64,000 nucleotides of DNA, taken from positions 269,864 to 333,863 of the forward strand of contig NIVC01000368.1 in the NCBI GenBank assembly GCA_002269645.1, in the 5' to 3' direction. Below the pieces are notes generated by a model. That model saw only the letters and a list, made by a program, of their open reading frames with translations. It did not search any database and was not told the DNA's origin. The position numbers were made by a program, and so were the translations under genes. Shown piece after piece: positions 63,059 through 64,000 of this stretch. Numbering within the stretch: position 1 is the stretch's first letter; each line of letters begins with the position of its first letter. Source of the stretch: Macrostomum lignano. Its lineage: Eukaryota.

Positions 63059-63195
63059 CCAGTGTCTATAAACACACCTAGCCAGTGTCTATAAACACAC
63101 ACACACACACACCACCACAACACACCCTAGCCAGTGTCTATAAACACACCTAGCCAGTGTCTATAACACACACACACACACACACACACCTAGCC
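62186..63195. repeat. Minisatellite CTAGCCAGTGTCTATAAA(CA)n, 22-bp core with a variable (CA)n tract
   Basis: Direct observation. Confidence 0.96.
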
Positions 63196-63331
63196 AGCGT
63201 AGCAACAAATGCATCGAGTTAAGCCCCAATTAAAAGTGCATGCTCCTATAGTTGAACATGGATCTGAGCTGATTAGCTCCCTCACCTCTCACTCATCCCC
63301 TTCTTGCCTCTTGGCAGCAACACACCTGACA

Positions 63332-63345
63332 GTTGCTATAGCAAC
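63332..63345. promoter_or_regulatory. Perfect palindromic RFX X-box (GTTGCTATAGCAAC)
   Basis: Exact match to the GTYNCY-AT-RGNAAC consensus, in unique sequence upstream of the PLEKHG7-like gene. Function untested. Confidence 0.7.
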
Positions 63346-63864
63346 GCGTCCTGTAGTTGGCGTGTGAGCATTATTATTATCACACTATGAAAGCTACAGC
63401 TGCTTGACATTTTGTGCAAACAGCCAAGCACACGCTTCATGCGTGTTGAAGAGAAAACAGACAGAAACCGAAGACGATATGCAGCGTTTTTATCCGAGAA
63501 ATTTTTTTATCTAACTGGAGGCGATAAGGAAGCGCTGTTCGTATTTGACGCCGGATAATAACGCACTGGCTTATCTCGCTGAGTCGCGTTAATCCCATGG
63601 GTGTCTGAAACGAATTTGCAACCTGTCTAACCCCCCAGGCTGTATCCCTGTGTTTGAATAAGGATTGCAGCACTGATCCTTGTCATACACACGTACAAGC
63701 AGTTATCCATTCTAAGCAAAAGAATAATGAAAAATCTCACAATTGTCCTCTATCAATGGCTTCTCTTCGCTTCTACTATAGGAGTTAAAGCCTATCCGAA
63801 AAAAACAGGTGACAAACTGCTTGTTGCACTGCCTTTCACTTGATCCACCTTGGCCCGCCGGTCC

Positions 63865-64000
63865 CTTCTCTCTCTCTCTCCTCTCCCCTTCTCTTCTCTC
63901 TCCTCTCCCCCTTCTTCTTCTCTCTCCTCCCCTTCTCTCCTCTCTCCTCTCCCCTTCTCTTCTCTCTCCTCTCCCCTTCTCTTCTCTCCTCTCCCCTTCT
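63865..64000. repeat. CT-rich low-complexity tandem repeat running off the window end
   Basis: Direct observation. Confidence 0.9.

Noticed and set aside
354-63195. Regularly spaced repeats as CRISPR arrays
   Set aside because: The units are contiguous with no unique spacers, there are no cas genes, and the context is spliced eukaryotic genes.

Overview
This is eukaryotic (animal) genomic DNA. It contains no CRISPR array, rRNA or operon structure. Polyglutamine-rich exons, a GC-rich Gypsy element, (TCAG)n/(TCTG)n microsatellites and minisatellite-filled introns suggest a Macrostomum-like flatworm, but that is an inference. Four spliced genes were reconstructed by hand from GT-AG sites and remembered protein similarity: (1) MAN2C1 alpha-mannosidase (+, ~6053-11978); (2) a secreted ADAMTS-like M12B metalloprotease whose zinc-binding HExxHxxGxxH/Met-turn segment is missing (-, 14029-16721); (3) a DCDC2-like tandem-doublecortin protein fused to a polyQ tail with 5-6 IQ motifs (+, 23873-33006); (4) a PLEKHG7-like DH-PH RhoGEF (-, 35707-~61460). 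The window also holds a 5'-truncated Ty3/Gypsy element, a CpG-depleted LINE relic, two tRNA-derived SINE families, several non-autonomous repeats, and roughly 14 kb of tandem repeats (hand estimate). The most notable observations are the DCX+multi-IQ architecture, the deleted protease active site, RFX X-boxes near two putative ciliary genes, a minisatellite that is an array of nine perfect CRE sites, and an inverted SINE pair flanking an exon. I found no convincing novel multi-gene system. All exon coordinates are manual and unverified by RNA data.
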